From NCBI GenBank assembly GCA_030390025.1, contig CM059431.1, positions 149,298,001 to 149,362,000 on the forward strand: a stretch of 64,000 nt of DNA, in the 5' to 3' direction. Both the position numbers and the translations under genes were made by a program. The stretch comes from Squalus acanthias. Lineage: Eukaryota. This document shows, piece after piece, positions 1-10,556 of this stretch (its first letter is position 1; every line of letters starts with the position of its first letter). The notes beneath the pieces are model-generated. The model worked only from the letters and a program-made list of their open reading frames with translations, was not told the origin of the DNA and searched no databases.

Positions 1-451
1 CATCAATATAAGATAGTCACCAAGAAATCAAATAGGGAATTCAGAGTAAACTTATTTATGCAGAGAGTGATGAGAATGTGGAACACGCTACCACTGCGAA
101 TGGCTGTAGCGAATATTATGGATGCATTTAAGGGGCGGTTTGATAAGCTTAAAAGTGAGAAGGGAATAGAGGGTTATGCTGATAGAATTAAATGAGGAAA
201 GACGGGTGGAGGCTCGAGTGGAGCATAAATACCGGTCTAGACTGGTTGGGTCAAATGGCCTATTTCTGTCCCGAATATCCAATATAATCCTATGTAATCC
301 TATGAAACCCTTGCAATTACTTTACTCCTCTAGGCTTTCTGTAGTAGTGGGCTCTCAGCATTAGACAAAAGCTTCCCTTATTTCCATTCTTCTTCCCTGT
401 ATGCTTTTTGACATCCAGTGGGCCCTAAATTTGAGAGTCTCATCCTTTTTG

Positions 452-885
452 TCAGCTGTGGATCGGTTGGTTGCACACTCGCCTCTGAGTCAGAAGTTTT
501 GGGTTCAAGTCATATAAAACAATGCTGACACTCCAGTGCAGTGCTGAGGGATTGCTGCACTGTCGGAGGTAACGTCTTTCGGATGAGACTTTAAACGTCG
601 GCCCCGTCTGCTCCATCAGGTGGACGTAAAAATGCCAATGGCACTATTTCGATGAAGAGCAGTTGAGGTGTCCTGGCAAATATTTATCCCTGAATCAACA
701 TAACAAATCAGATTATCTGGTCATTTACACGGTACTATTTGTGGGAGCTTGTTGTGTGCAAATTGGCAGCCGCGTTTCCTACAATACAGCAGTGACTAAA
801 CTTCAACAGTACTCATTGGCTGTAAGCGCTTTAAGACGTCCTGTGGTCGTGAAAGGCGCTATATAATTGCAAGTCTTTCCTTTCC
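452..885 (+). mobile_element. tRNA-derived SINE, DeuSINE/SacSINE1-like
   Basis: tRNA-like head (CTCTGAGTCAGAAG...GGTTCAAGTC), core GTGCTGAGGG..TGCTGCACTGTCGGAGGT..CGTCTTTCGGATGAGAC, tail GTGAAAGGCGCTATATAA.TGCAAGT. Family name from recall. Confidence 0.75.
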
Positions 886-889
886 GTTT

Positions 890-1460
890 TTCTTTGGGGG
901 AACATATTTGCTCTGAACCCTCACTATCTCCTCCTTGAATGCCCCCCATTGCTCTGACAGGGGTTTACCTTCAAGTAGCTGTTTCCAATTCACTTTTGCT
1001 AAGTTGCAGCTCAGCTTAGTAAAATTGGCATTTCCCCAATTGAAAACGTTTGCACCTGGTCTATCTTTGTCCTTTTTCATAAGGGAGAATTTATTATAGA
1101 TATTAGAATTGTTGATTGGATTTCATAGTGCGCATAATTTGAATTGTTTTCCAGTGGCTGAAACTTGGGTAACCAGAGTACACAGAACTAAGTTAATAGG
1201 CAAAAGACCCAGAGGCGAGATGAGGATATTTAACTTTTTGCAGTGAGTTGATGTGATCTGGAATGCACTGTCTGAGAACGTGGTGGAAGGAGATTCAGGA
1301 GTAACTATCGAAAGGGAGTGGGATAATTAGTAGAATGGAATTTTTTTTACCGGGCTCTGGCTAATGTGTAGGAATAATGTGACAGCTCTTTCAAAGAGAA
1401 GACCCTGGCACGATGGGCCGAATGTCATCCTACTGTGCTGTACCATTCTTTGACACTATG
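890..1460. mobile_element. Two decayed CR1 LINE fragments (minus-strand ORF2 piece 890-1080; plus-strand 3' end 1085-1460)
   Basis: ORF 859..1080 (NWGNANF..VNWKQLLEGK..EQWGAFKEEI) matches the CR1 post-endonuclease linker. A CR1-type 3' tail follows (GGGCCGAATG..CTGTGCTGTACCATTC). Confidence 0.75.
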
Positions 1461-1639
1461 AGCAAGAGACAGAGAGAGAGAAGGGGGATAGTGAGACACG
1501 GAGACAAAGAAAAATAGAGACAGAAATACTAGGAGAGGTACAGCAGGGAAGAAATTAAATTAAAAGGGAATTGGATAAATACTTAAAGGGTAACAATTTG
1601 AAGGACAATGGAAAAAGAACAGGGAAATTGGAATAATTG

Positions 1640-2120
1640 GAAGGGGTGAGGCCATGGTGGGATTTGATCTTAAGGATGAGAATATTAAGATAGTGGCCTT
1701 TCCTGATCGGGAGCATATGGTGATCAGTGAGCAAAGGAGTGATGGGTGAACGGGACATGATGCGATTTAGGAGTTTTAGATGAGCTCGAGTTTATGGAGG
1801 CTTGTAACTGGGAGGCCATCCAGAAGAGTATTGGAATAGTCGGAGTGAGCTTAAACAAAGGCGCGGGTGAGGTTTTATGCTGCGGACGGGCTGAGGAGGT
1901 GCGGAGACGGATGATATTTTGGAGGTGGTAGTCGGCAGAACTGATGGTTCAGAGGATATGTGGTCGGACTCAGCACAGGCTGAAAGTGAACGCCATGGTT
2001 GCTAACAATCTGGTTCATCCTCAGACGTTGGTTAGGGAGGGGGACTGAATTGATAAATAAAAAAAGGAGTTTTTTGACGAGGACCGACGACAATGTCTTT
2101 GGACTTCCCAAGATTTAAAT
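1640..2120 (-). mobile_element. L2-type LINE fragment
   Basis: ORF 1875..2111 (NSVPLPNQRLRMNQIVSNHGVHFQPVLS) resembles the L2 post-RT segment; paralogous copy at about 52800-53290. Confidence 0.6.
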
Positions 2121-2383
2121 GATAAACACAGTAATACAGTGAGACCTGGTGTACAGATCTAATTGCTGGATGTAGAGACTTAACAGGAAGACCAACAGCA
2201 GCACAGATGAGATAGTAACTTCCGAGAATAGTAATACAGTATGCAAAGGTTTACAGATTTAATAGCTGGATACAGAGACTTACCAGGAACAACAACCGCA
2301 ACAAGGAAGGGAATGTAAAAGGCAAGAACTGCAGTGCAGTTATTCACGTTTTATAGAATTAATAACTGAATAGATTGACTTAC

Positions 2384-2564
2384 CAAAAACACCAACAGCA
2401 GCAAGGAGGGGATAGTAAATGCATTGCATAATCAGAAATGCGTAATAGATCTTACTTGTTAATGATAGATAATCATAAAATTCAGAAAACTTGTCAAACG
2501 CCAAGGAGAAACCCTTTCCCATTGTTGTAACGTTGCAATCTACTGAGCTCAGATTCTGATCCAT
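2384..2564 (-). CDS. GPR139-like: First coding exon (N-terminus plus TM1) of a GPR139-like rhodopsin GPCR; partner exon 2 not in the window
   Basis: First in-frame ATG at 2564 (ACAATGG). Encodes MDQNLSSVDCNVTTMGK...IYYPLLAAVGVF, then a phase-1 donor G|GTAAGT at 2384/2383. Confidence 0.8.
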
Positions 2565-2729
2565 TGTTGTAACATTCCAATCAACTGTTCTGAGGATCCA
2601 ACCGAGTGTTGAAACTTTCCAATCCGCTGCTCTCAGATTCCCACTCAATCTCTGATGAGCAGCGCACAGATCAATGTTAGTGCCGGAGGAGATGCTCTCA
2701 CTGACACTACGAGATAGCACATTGAAAGG

Positions 2730-2835
2730 AGTCCGTTATTAATAAAAGAGGTAAACCCTGCACTGATGCATTTATGGTCCATGGCGACTGACATTAATTA
2801 CAGTCACTGAACAAACAGCTTCAGTTAACCCGTTT
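2730..2835 (-). promoter_or_regulatory. Putative proximal promoter of the GPCR first exon (TATA-like TATTAATAA plus a conserved upstream block)
   Basis: Non-repeat block conserved with about 53860-54010 and partly with about 44715-44740. TATA-like motif about 175 bp upstream of the ATG. Confidence 0.45.
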
Positions 2836-2859
2836 CAATCCAGAACATTCTGTACCACA

Positions 2860-4652
2860 GTAAAGTAGAACATTTCCGCGGTCCGGATGAGATGCCTGAG
2901 TGTTGCTGAGGGAAGTAAAGGTGGAAACAGCGCAGGAACTGCCCAGAATCGTTCAATCCTCCTTGGATATAGGAGTGGGACCAAAGGATTTTAGAGTTGC
3001 CAATGTTACCACCTGCTTAAAAAAGAAGGGAGGGTTAAACCCTGTAACTACGGGCCAGTCAGGCTAATGTAGGCGGTGGGGAAATTTCTAAAGTACATAT
3101 ACCCGGAGAAAATTATCTGTCACTTGGAAAGAAACATGGATTAATAAATGACAACAAGCACGGATATGTTAACGACAAAGTGTGTCTGACCATCTTGATT
3201 GAGGTCTTTGATGAAGTAACGGAAAGGGTTGATGAGCGTAATGTGGTTGACGTTTGTACATGACTTTAGAAATGCATTTAATTAACTGTTTTTGAATAAA
3301 CTTGTTAGGAACAAAGGGGCAGTGGCAGTGCGGCTCTGAAATTGGCTGAGGGACAGAAAACAGAGAGTAGCGGTGACTGGTTGTTGTTCAGAGTCGAGTG
3401 AAGTATACAGTGGTGTCACCCCGGTCTCGCTATTCGGACCACTGATCATTTAGATAAATATTAAAAATATTGTTATATACATATATATATATATATATAT
3501 ATAAAGGGCATAATTTGAAGGTTTGCAGATGACACAAAAATAGGAAATGTAGTAAACACTGAGTGGGATCCGAGTAGGCTTCAGGAGGACATAAACAAAC
3601 TGCTGAAATGAGCAAAGTCTAGTGGGGTACCGCAGGGATCGGTGCTGGGACCCCAGTTATTCACAATATATATTAATGATCTGGACGAGGGAACTAGATG
3701 TAATATCTCCAAGTTTACAGTCGACACAAAGCTGGGTGGTCGTGTGTGCTGTGAGGAGGATGCAGAGAAACTCCAGTATGAATTGGACAGGTTGGGTGAT
3801 TGGGCAGATGCATGGCAGATGCAGTATAATGTGGATAAATGCGAGGTTATCCACTTTGATGGCAAAAACATGAAAGCAAATTATTATCTGAACGGCAATA
3901 GATTGGGAAAAGGGGAAGTGCAACGAGACTTGGGTGACTCTTAGCACCAATCGCTGAAGGTAAGCATGCAGGTGCAGCAGGCGGTTAAGAAGGCAAATGG
4001 TATGTTGGCCTTCATAGCGAGAGGTTTCGAGTACAGGAGCAAGGATGTCTTGCTGTAGTTGTACAGGGCCTTGGTGAGACCACACCTTGAGTTCTGTGTG
4101 CATTTTTGGTCGCCTTATCTTAGGAAGGATGTTCTTGCCATGGAGGGAGTCCGGCGAAGATTCACCAGGCTGATACCTGGGATGGCAGGAATGACGTATG
4201 AGGAGAGTTTGGTCGATTGGGCTTGTATTCGCTAGAGTTTAGAAGAATGAGAGGGGATCTCATTGAAACTTATACAATTCTGACAGGAGTAGACAGACTA
4301 GATGCAGGAAGGATGTTCCCGATGGCGGTGGTGTCCAGAAGCAAGGTCACAGTCTAAAGATAAGGGGTAAGCCATTTAGGACTGAGATTAGGAGGAATTT
4401 CTTCACCCAGAGAGTGGTGAATCTGTGGAATTCTCTACCGCAGAAGACAGTTGAGTCCAATTCATTAAATATATTCAAGAAGTAGTTAGATATATTTCTG
4501 AAGGCTAAAGGGATCAAGGGATATGTGGAGAAAGCAGGGGCAGGGTACTGAACTTGGATGATCAGCCATGATCGCATTGAATGGCGGAGCAGGCTCGAGG
4601 GACCGAATGGACTAGTCCTTCTCCTATCTTCTATGTTTCTTCGTTTCTATGA
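2860..4652 (+). mobile_element. CR1 LINE RT fragments (older 2860-3618, younger 3619-4652 with 3' tail)
   Basis: GVPQGSVLGPQLFTIYINDLDEG..SKFTVDTK RT motifs (ORF 3642..3944) and the 3' tail GATCAGCCATGATC..GGCGGAGCAGGCTCG..TTCTATG. Confidence 0.9.
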
Positions 4653-5068
4653 TAAAAGGGGACCGCTAAAATGATTCCCTCTTTAAAAGGGTCTCTGATA
4701 GTGACACTCCCTCTTTAAAAGGAATCCTGTGTGTGAGAATCTCTCTTTGAAAGGGATCCCTGATGGTGACTCACTCATTAATAGGGCTCCCTGATAGAAA
4801 GACTCCCTCTTTTGAAGTGATCGCTAATGGCAAGTCTCTCTTTAAGTGGACTCCCTTATAGAAAGACTCCCTCTGTACAAGGGCTGCCTGATGGTGAGGC
4901 TCACTCTTTAAAAGGGATCCCAGATGGTAAGACTCATCTTTAAAAAGTGTCCGTGCTGCTGAATCGCCATCTTTAAAAGAGGTCCCCGATTGTGAGGCTC
5001 CCTCTTTAAAAGGGGTCCCTGGTGGAGAGACTCTCTCTTTAAAATGGACCCCGGATGGATGGACTCTC
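4653..5068. repeat. 33-bp satellite, truncated at the duplication breakpoint
   Basis: Degenerate units of AAAAGGGGTCCCTGATGGTGAGACTCCCTCTTT. Confidence 0.9.
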
Positions 5069-5114
5069 ACGAAGCGATGGAGAGGATAATAACACAGGCA
5101 GCAATAGAGAGTTG

Positions 5115-6180
5115 GCAGAAAGTAGGGATAAAGGGTAGCTAATCAGCCTGGCAGAAGGAGGGTAGTGGTGTTCTACAAGGATCACTGCTGGGACTACTGT
5201 TGTCCAGAACTTATATTAACGATTTAGATTTTGGAACCAAAAACATAATTTCAAAATGTGTGGACGACAGGAATTTGGAGGGGATGGCCAACACTGAGGA
5301 GGACAGCAACAAATTACAAGAAGACCTTAATAAACTTGCAGAATTGGCATATAATTAGCAAATGACATTCAACACAGATAAATGTGAGGTATTACATTTT
5401 GTTATGACAAATAGGGAGGTCACATATTACTTGGAAAATAGGATTCCAAAATGGGGCAGAGGTGCAAAGGGATCTAAGAGTACAAATATACAAATCGTTG
5501 AAAATTATCGACACAGGCTAAAAAGGCCATACAAAAAGCAACCCAACCACTATGATTTATTTCTAGAGGGATAGAATTGTAGAGTAGTGAAGTTATGCCA
5601 AACTTTGTATCGAACATTGGTGTGGACTTGATTAGATCAAAATTGGATTACTATATGCATTGCTGGTCGCCATAGTATAAAAAAAGGACATGAAGGCACT
5701 GGAGAGGGTGCAGAGACGATTTACAAAGATGATACCAGAAATGCGAGGGTACACATATCATGAAAGGATGAACACACTGGATATCTTTTCACTTGAAAAT
5801 AAAAGGCTGAGGGCTGACCCAATAGAAGTCTTTAAATCATGAAAGATTTTGACAGAATAAATGCAGAGAGAATGTTTCCACTTTTGGGAAGAGGAAAACT
5901 AGAGTTCATCAATATAAGATAGTCACCAAGAAATCAAATAGGGAATTCAGAGTAAACTTATTTATGCAGAGAGTGATGAGAATGTGGAACACGCTACCAC
6001 TGCGAATGGCTGTAGCGAATATTATGGATGCATTTAAGGGGCGGTTTGATAAGCTTAAAAGTGAGAAGGGAATAGAGGGTTATGCTGATAGAATTAAATG
6101 AGGAAAGACGGGTGGAGGCTCGAGTGGAGCATAAATACCGGTCTAGACTGGTTGGGTCAAATGGCCTATTTCTGTCCCGA
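5115..6180 (+). mobile_element. Decayed CR1 LINE RT and 3' region (its last ~270 bp also at 1-270)
   Basis: MTFNTDKCEVLHF motif (ORF 5362..5574); colinear with about 50510-51540. Confidence 0.85.
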
Positions 6181-6357
6181 ATATCCAATATAATCCTATG
6201 TAATCCTATGAAACCCTTGCAATTACTTTACTCCTCTAGGCTTTCTGTAGTAGTGGGCTCTCAGCATTAGACAAAAGCTTCCCTTATTTCCATTCTTCTT
6301 CCCTGTATGCTTTTTGACATCCAGTGGGCCCTAAATTTGAGAGTCTCATCCTTTTTG

Positions 6358-6790
6358 TCAGCTGTGGATCGGTTGGTTGCACACTCGCCTCTGAGTCAGA
6401 AGTTTTGGGTTCAAGTCATATAAAACAATGCTGACACTCCAGTGCAGTGCTGAGGGATTGCTGCACTGTCGGAGGTAACGTCTTTCGGATGAGACTTTAA
6501 ACGTCGGCCCCGTCTGCTCCATCAGGTGGACGTAAAAATGCCAATGGCACTATTTCGATGAAGAGCAGGTGAGGTGTCCTGGCAAATATTTATCCCTGAA
6601 TCAACATAACAAATCAGATTATCTGGTCATTTACACGGTACTATTTGTGGGAGCTTGTTGTGTGCAAATTGGCAGCCGCGTTTCCTACAATACAGCAGTG
6701 ACTAAACTTCAACAGTACTCATTGGCTGTAAGCGCTTTAAGACGTCCTGTGGTCGTGAAAGGCGCTATATAATTGCAAGTCTTTCCTTTC
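6358..6790 (+). mobile_element. DeuSINE-like SINE (duplicate copy)
   Basis: Near-identical to 452-885. Confidence 0.75.
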
Positions 6791-8289
6791 TGTTTTTCTT
6801 TGGGGGAACATATTTGCTCTGAACCCTCACTATCTCCTCCTTGAATGCCCCCCATTGCTCTGACAGGGGTTTACCTTCAAGTAGCTGTTTCCAATTCACT
6901 TTTGCTAAGTTGCAGCTCAGCTTAGTAAAATTGGCATTTCCCCAATTGAAAACGTTTGCACCTGGTCTATCTTTGTCCTTTTTCATAAGGGAGAATTTAT
7001 TATAGATATTAGAATTGTTGATTGGATTTCATAGTGCGCATAATTTGAATTGTTTTCCAGTGGCTGAAACTTGGGTAACCAGAGTACACAGAACTAAGTT
7101 AATAGGCAAAAGACCCAGAGGCGAGATGAGGATATTTAACTTTTTGCAGTGAGTTGATGTGATCTGGAATGCACTGTCTGAGAACGTGGTGGAAGGAGAT
7201 TCAGGAGTAACTATCGAAAGGGAGTGGGATAATTAGTAGAATGGAATTTTTTTTACCGGGCTCTGGCTAATGTGTAGGAATAATGTGACAGCTCTTTCAA
7301 AGAGAAGACCCTGGCACGATGGGCCGAATGTCATCCTACTGTGCTGTACCATTCTTTGACACTATGAGCAAGAGACAGAGAGAGAGAAGGGGGATAGTGA
7401 GACACGGAGACAAAGAAAAATAGAGACAGAAATACTAGGAGAGGTACAGCAGGGAAGAAATTAAATTAAAAGGGAATTGGATAAATACTTAAAGGGTAAC
7501 AATTTGAAGGACAATGGAAAAAGAACAGGGAAATTGGAATAATTGGAAGGGGTGAGGCCATGGTGGGATTTGATCTTAAGGATGAGAATATTAAGATAGT
7601 GGCCTTTCCTGATCGGGAGCATATGGTGATCAGTGAGCAAAGGAGTGATGGGTGAACGGGACATGATGCGATTTAGGAGTTTTAGATGAGCTCGAGTTTA
7701 TGGAGGCTTGTAACTGGGAGGCCATCCAGAAGAGTATTGGAATAGTCGGAGTGAGCTTAAACAAAGGCGCGGGTGAGGTTTTATGCTGCGGACGGGCTGA
7801 GGAGGTGCGGAGACGGATGATATTTTGGAGGTGGTAGTCGGCAGAACTGATGGTTCAGAGGATATGTGGTCGGACTCAGCACAGGCTGAAAGTGAACGCC
7901 ATGGTTGCTAACAATCTGGTTCATCCTCAGACGTTGGTTAGGGAGGGGGACTGAATTGATAAATAAAAAAAGGAGTTTTTTGACGAGGACCGACGACAAT
8001 GTCTTTGGACTTCCCAAGATTTAAATGATAAACACAGTAATACAGTGAGACCTGGTGTACAGATCTAATTGCTGGATGTAGAGACTTAACAGGAAGACCA
8101 ACAGCAGCACAGATGAGATAGTAACTTCCGAGAATAGTAATACAGTATGCAAAGGTTTACAGATTTAATAGCTGGATACAGAGACTTACCAGGAACAACA
8201 ACCGCAACAAGGAAGGGAATGTAAAAGGCAAGAACTGCAGTGCAGTTATTCACGTTTTATAGAATTAATAACTGAATAGATTGACTTAC

Positions 8290-8470
8290 CAAAAACACCA
8301 ACAGCAGCAAGGAGGGGATAGTAAATGCATTGCATAATCAGAAATGCGTAATAGATCTTACTTGTTAATGATAGATAATCATAAAATTCAGAAAACTTGT
8401 CAAACGCCAAGGAGAAACCCTTTCCCATTGTTGTAACGTTGCAATCTACTGAGCTCAGATTCTGATCCAT
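8290..8470 (-). CDS. GPR139-like: Duplicate GPR139-like first coding exon
   Basis: Same translation as 2384-2564; ATG at 8470; donor G|GTAAGT at 8290. No exon 2 lies between it and the 2.4 kb copy. Confidence 0.75.
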
Positions 8471-8765
8471 TGTTGTAACATTCCAATCAACTGTTCTGAG
8501 GATCCAACCGAGTGTTGAAACTTTCCAATCCGCTGCTCTCAGATTCCCACTCAATCTCTGATGAGCAGCGCACAGATCAATGTTAGTGCCGGAGGAGATG
8601 CTCTCACTGACACTACGAGATAGCACATTGAAAGGAGTCCGTTATTAAGAAAAGAGGTAAACCCTGCACTGATGCATTTATGGTCCATGGCGACTGACAT
8701 TAATTACAGTCACTGAACAAACAGCTTCAGTTAACCCGTTTCAATCCAGAACATTCTGTACCACA

Positions 8766-10556
8766 GTAAAGTAGAACATTTCCGCGGTCCGGATGAGATG
8801 CCTGAGTGTTGCTGAGGGAAGTAAAGGTGGAAACAGCGCAGGAACTGCCCAGAATCGTTCAATCCTCCTTGGATATAGGAGTGGGACCAAAGGATTTTAG
8901 AGTTGCCAATGTTACCACCTGCTTAAAAAAGAAGGGAGGGTTAAACCCTGTAACTACGGGCCAGTCAGGCTAATGTAGGCGGTGGGGAAATTTCTAAAGT
9001 ACATATACCCGGAGAAAATTATCTGTCACTTGGAAAGAAACATGGATTAATAAATGACAACAAGCACGGATATGTTAACGACAAAGTGTGTCTGACCATC
9101 TTGATTGAGGTCTTTGATGAAGTAACGGAAAGGGTTGATGAGCGTAATGTGGTTGACGTTTGTACATGACTTTAGAAATGCATTTAATTAACTGTTTTTG
9201 AATAAACTTGTTAGGAACAAAGGGGCAGTGGCAGTGCGGCTCTGAAATTGGCTGAGGGACAGAAAACAGAGAGTAGCGGTGACTGGTTGTTGTTCAGAGT
9301 CGAGTGAAGTATACAGTGGTGTCACCCCGGTCTCGCTATTCGGACCACTGATCATTTAGATAAATATTAAAAATATTGTTATATACATATATATATATAT
9401 ATATATAAAGGGCATAATTTGAAGGTTTGCAGATGACACAAAAATAGGAAATGTAGTAAACACTGAGTGGGATCCGAGTAGGCTTCAGGAGGACATAAAC
9501 AAACTGCTGAAATGAGCAAAGTCTAGTGGGGTACCGCAGGGATCGGTGCTGGGACCCCAGTTATTCACAATATATATTAATGATCTGGACGAGGGAACTA
9601 GATGTAATATCTCCAAGTTTACAGTCGACACAAAGCTGGGTGGTCGTGTGTGCTGTGAGGAGGATGCAGAGAAACTCCAGTATGAATTGGACAGGTTGGG
9701 TGATTGGGCAGATGCATGGCAGATGCAGTATAATGTGGATAAATGCGAGGTTATCCACTTTGATGGCAAAAACATGAAAGCAAATTATTATCTGAACGGC
9801 AATAGATTGGGAAAAGGGGAAGTGCAACGAGACTTGGGTGACTCTTAGCACCAATCGCTGAAGGTAAGCATGCAGGTGCAGCAGGCGGTTAAGAAGGCAA
9901 ATGGTATGTTGGCCTTCATAGCGAGAGGTTTCGAGTACAGGAGCAAGGATGTCTTGCTGTAGTTGTACAGGGCCTTGGTGAGACCACACCTTGAGTTCTG
10001 TGTGCATTTTTGGTCGCCTTATCTTAGGAAGGATGTTCTTGCCATGGAGGGAGTCCGGCGAAGATTCACCAGGCTGATACCTGGGATGGCAGGAATGACG
10101 TATGAGGAGAGTTTGGTCGATTGGGCTTGTATTCGCTAGAGTTTAGAAGAATGAGAGGGGATCTCATTGAAACTTATACAATTCTGACAGGAGTAGACAG
10201 ACTAGATGCAGGAAGGATGTTCCCGATGGCGGTGGTGTCCAGAAGCAAGGTCACAGTCTAAAGATAAGGGGTAAGCCATTTAGGACTGAGATTAGGAGGA
10301 ATTTCTTCACCCAGAGAGTGGTGAATCTGTGGAATTCTCTACCGCAGAAGACAGTTGAGTCCAATTCATTAAATATATTCAAGAAGTAGTTAGATATATT
10401 TCTGAAGGCTAAAGGGATCAAGGGATATGTGGAGAAAGCAGGGGCAGGGTACTGAACTTGGATGATCAGCCATGATCGCATTGAATGGCGGAGCAGGCTC
10501 GAGGGACCGAATGGACTAGTCCTTCTCCTATCTTCTATGTTTCTTCGTTTCTATGA
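8766..10556 (+). mobile_element. CR1 LINE fragments (duplicate of 2860-4652)
   Basis: ORF 9546..9848 is identical to ORF 3642..3944. Confidence 0.9.

Larger units (their letters stand above)
1..5068. repeat. Tandem segmental duplication, copy 1 (start lies at or beyond the window edge)
   Basis: Sequence and ORFs recur at +5906 (88 to 5994, 2340 to 8246) and at +5904 after a (TA)n length change (3581 to 9485). Identity ends at GGATGGACTCTC (about 5068 vs about 10972). Confidence 0.97.

Noticed and set aside
2565..2720. N-terminal extension of exon 1 given in the ORF track (also 53736-53849)
   Set aside because: The track starts at GTG; the first in-frame ATGs are at 2564, 8470 and 53735. The read-through past GVFG/GVPG is intron.
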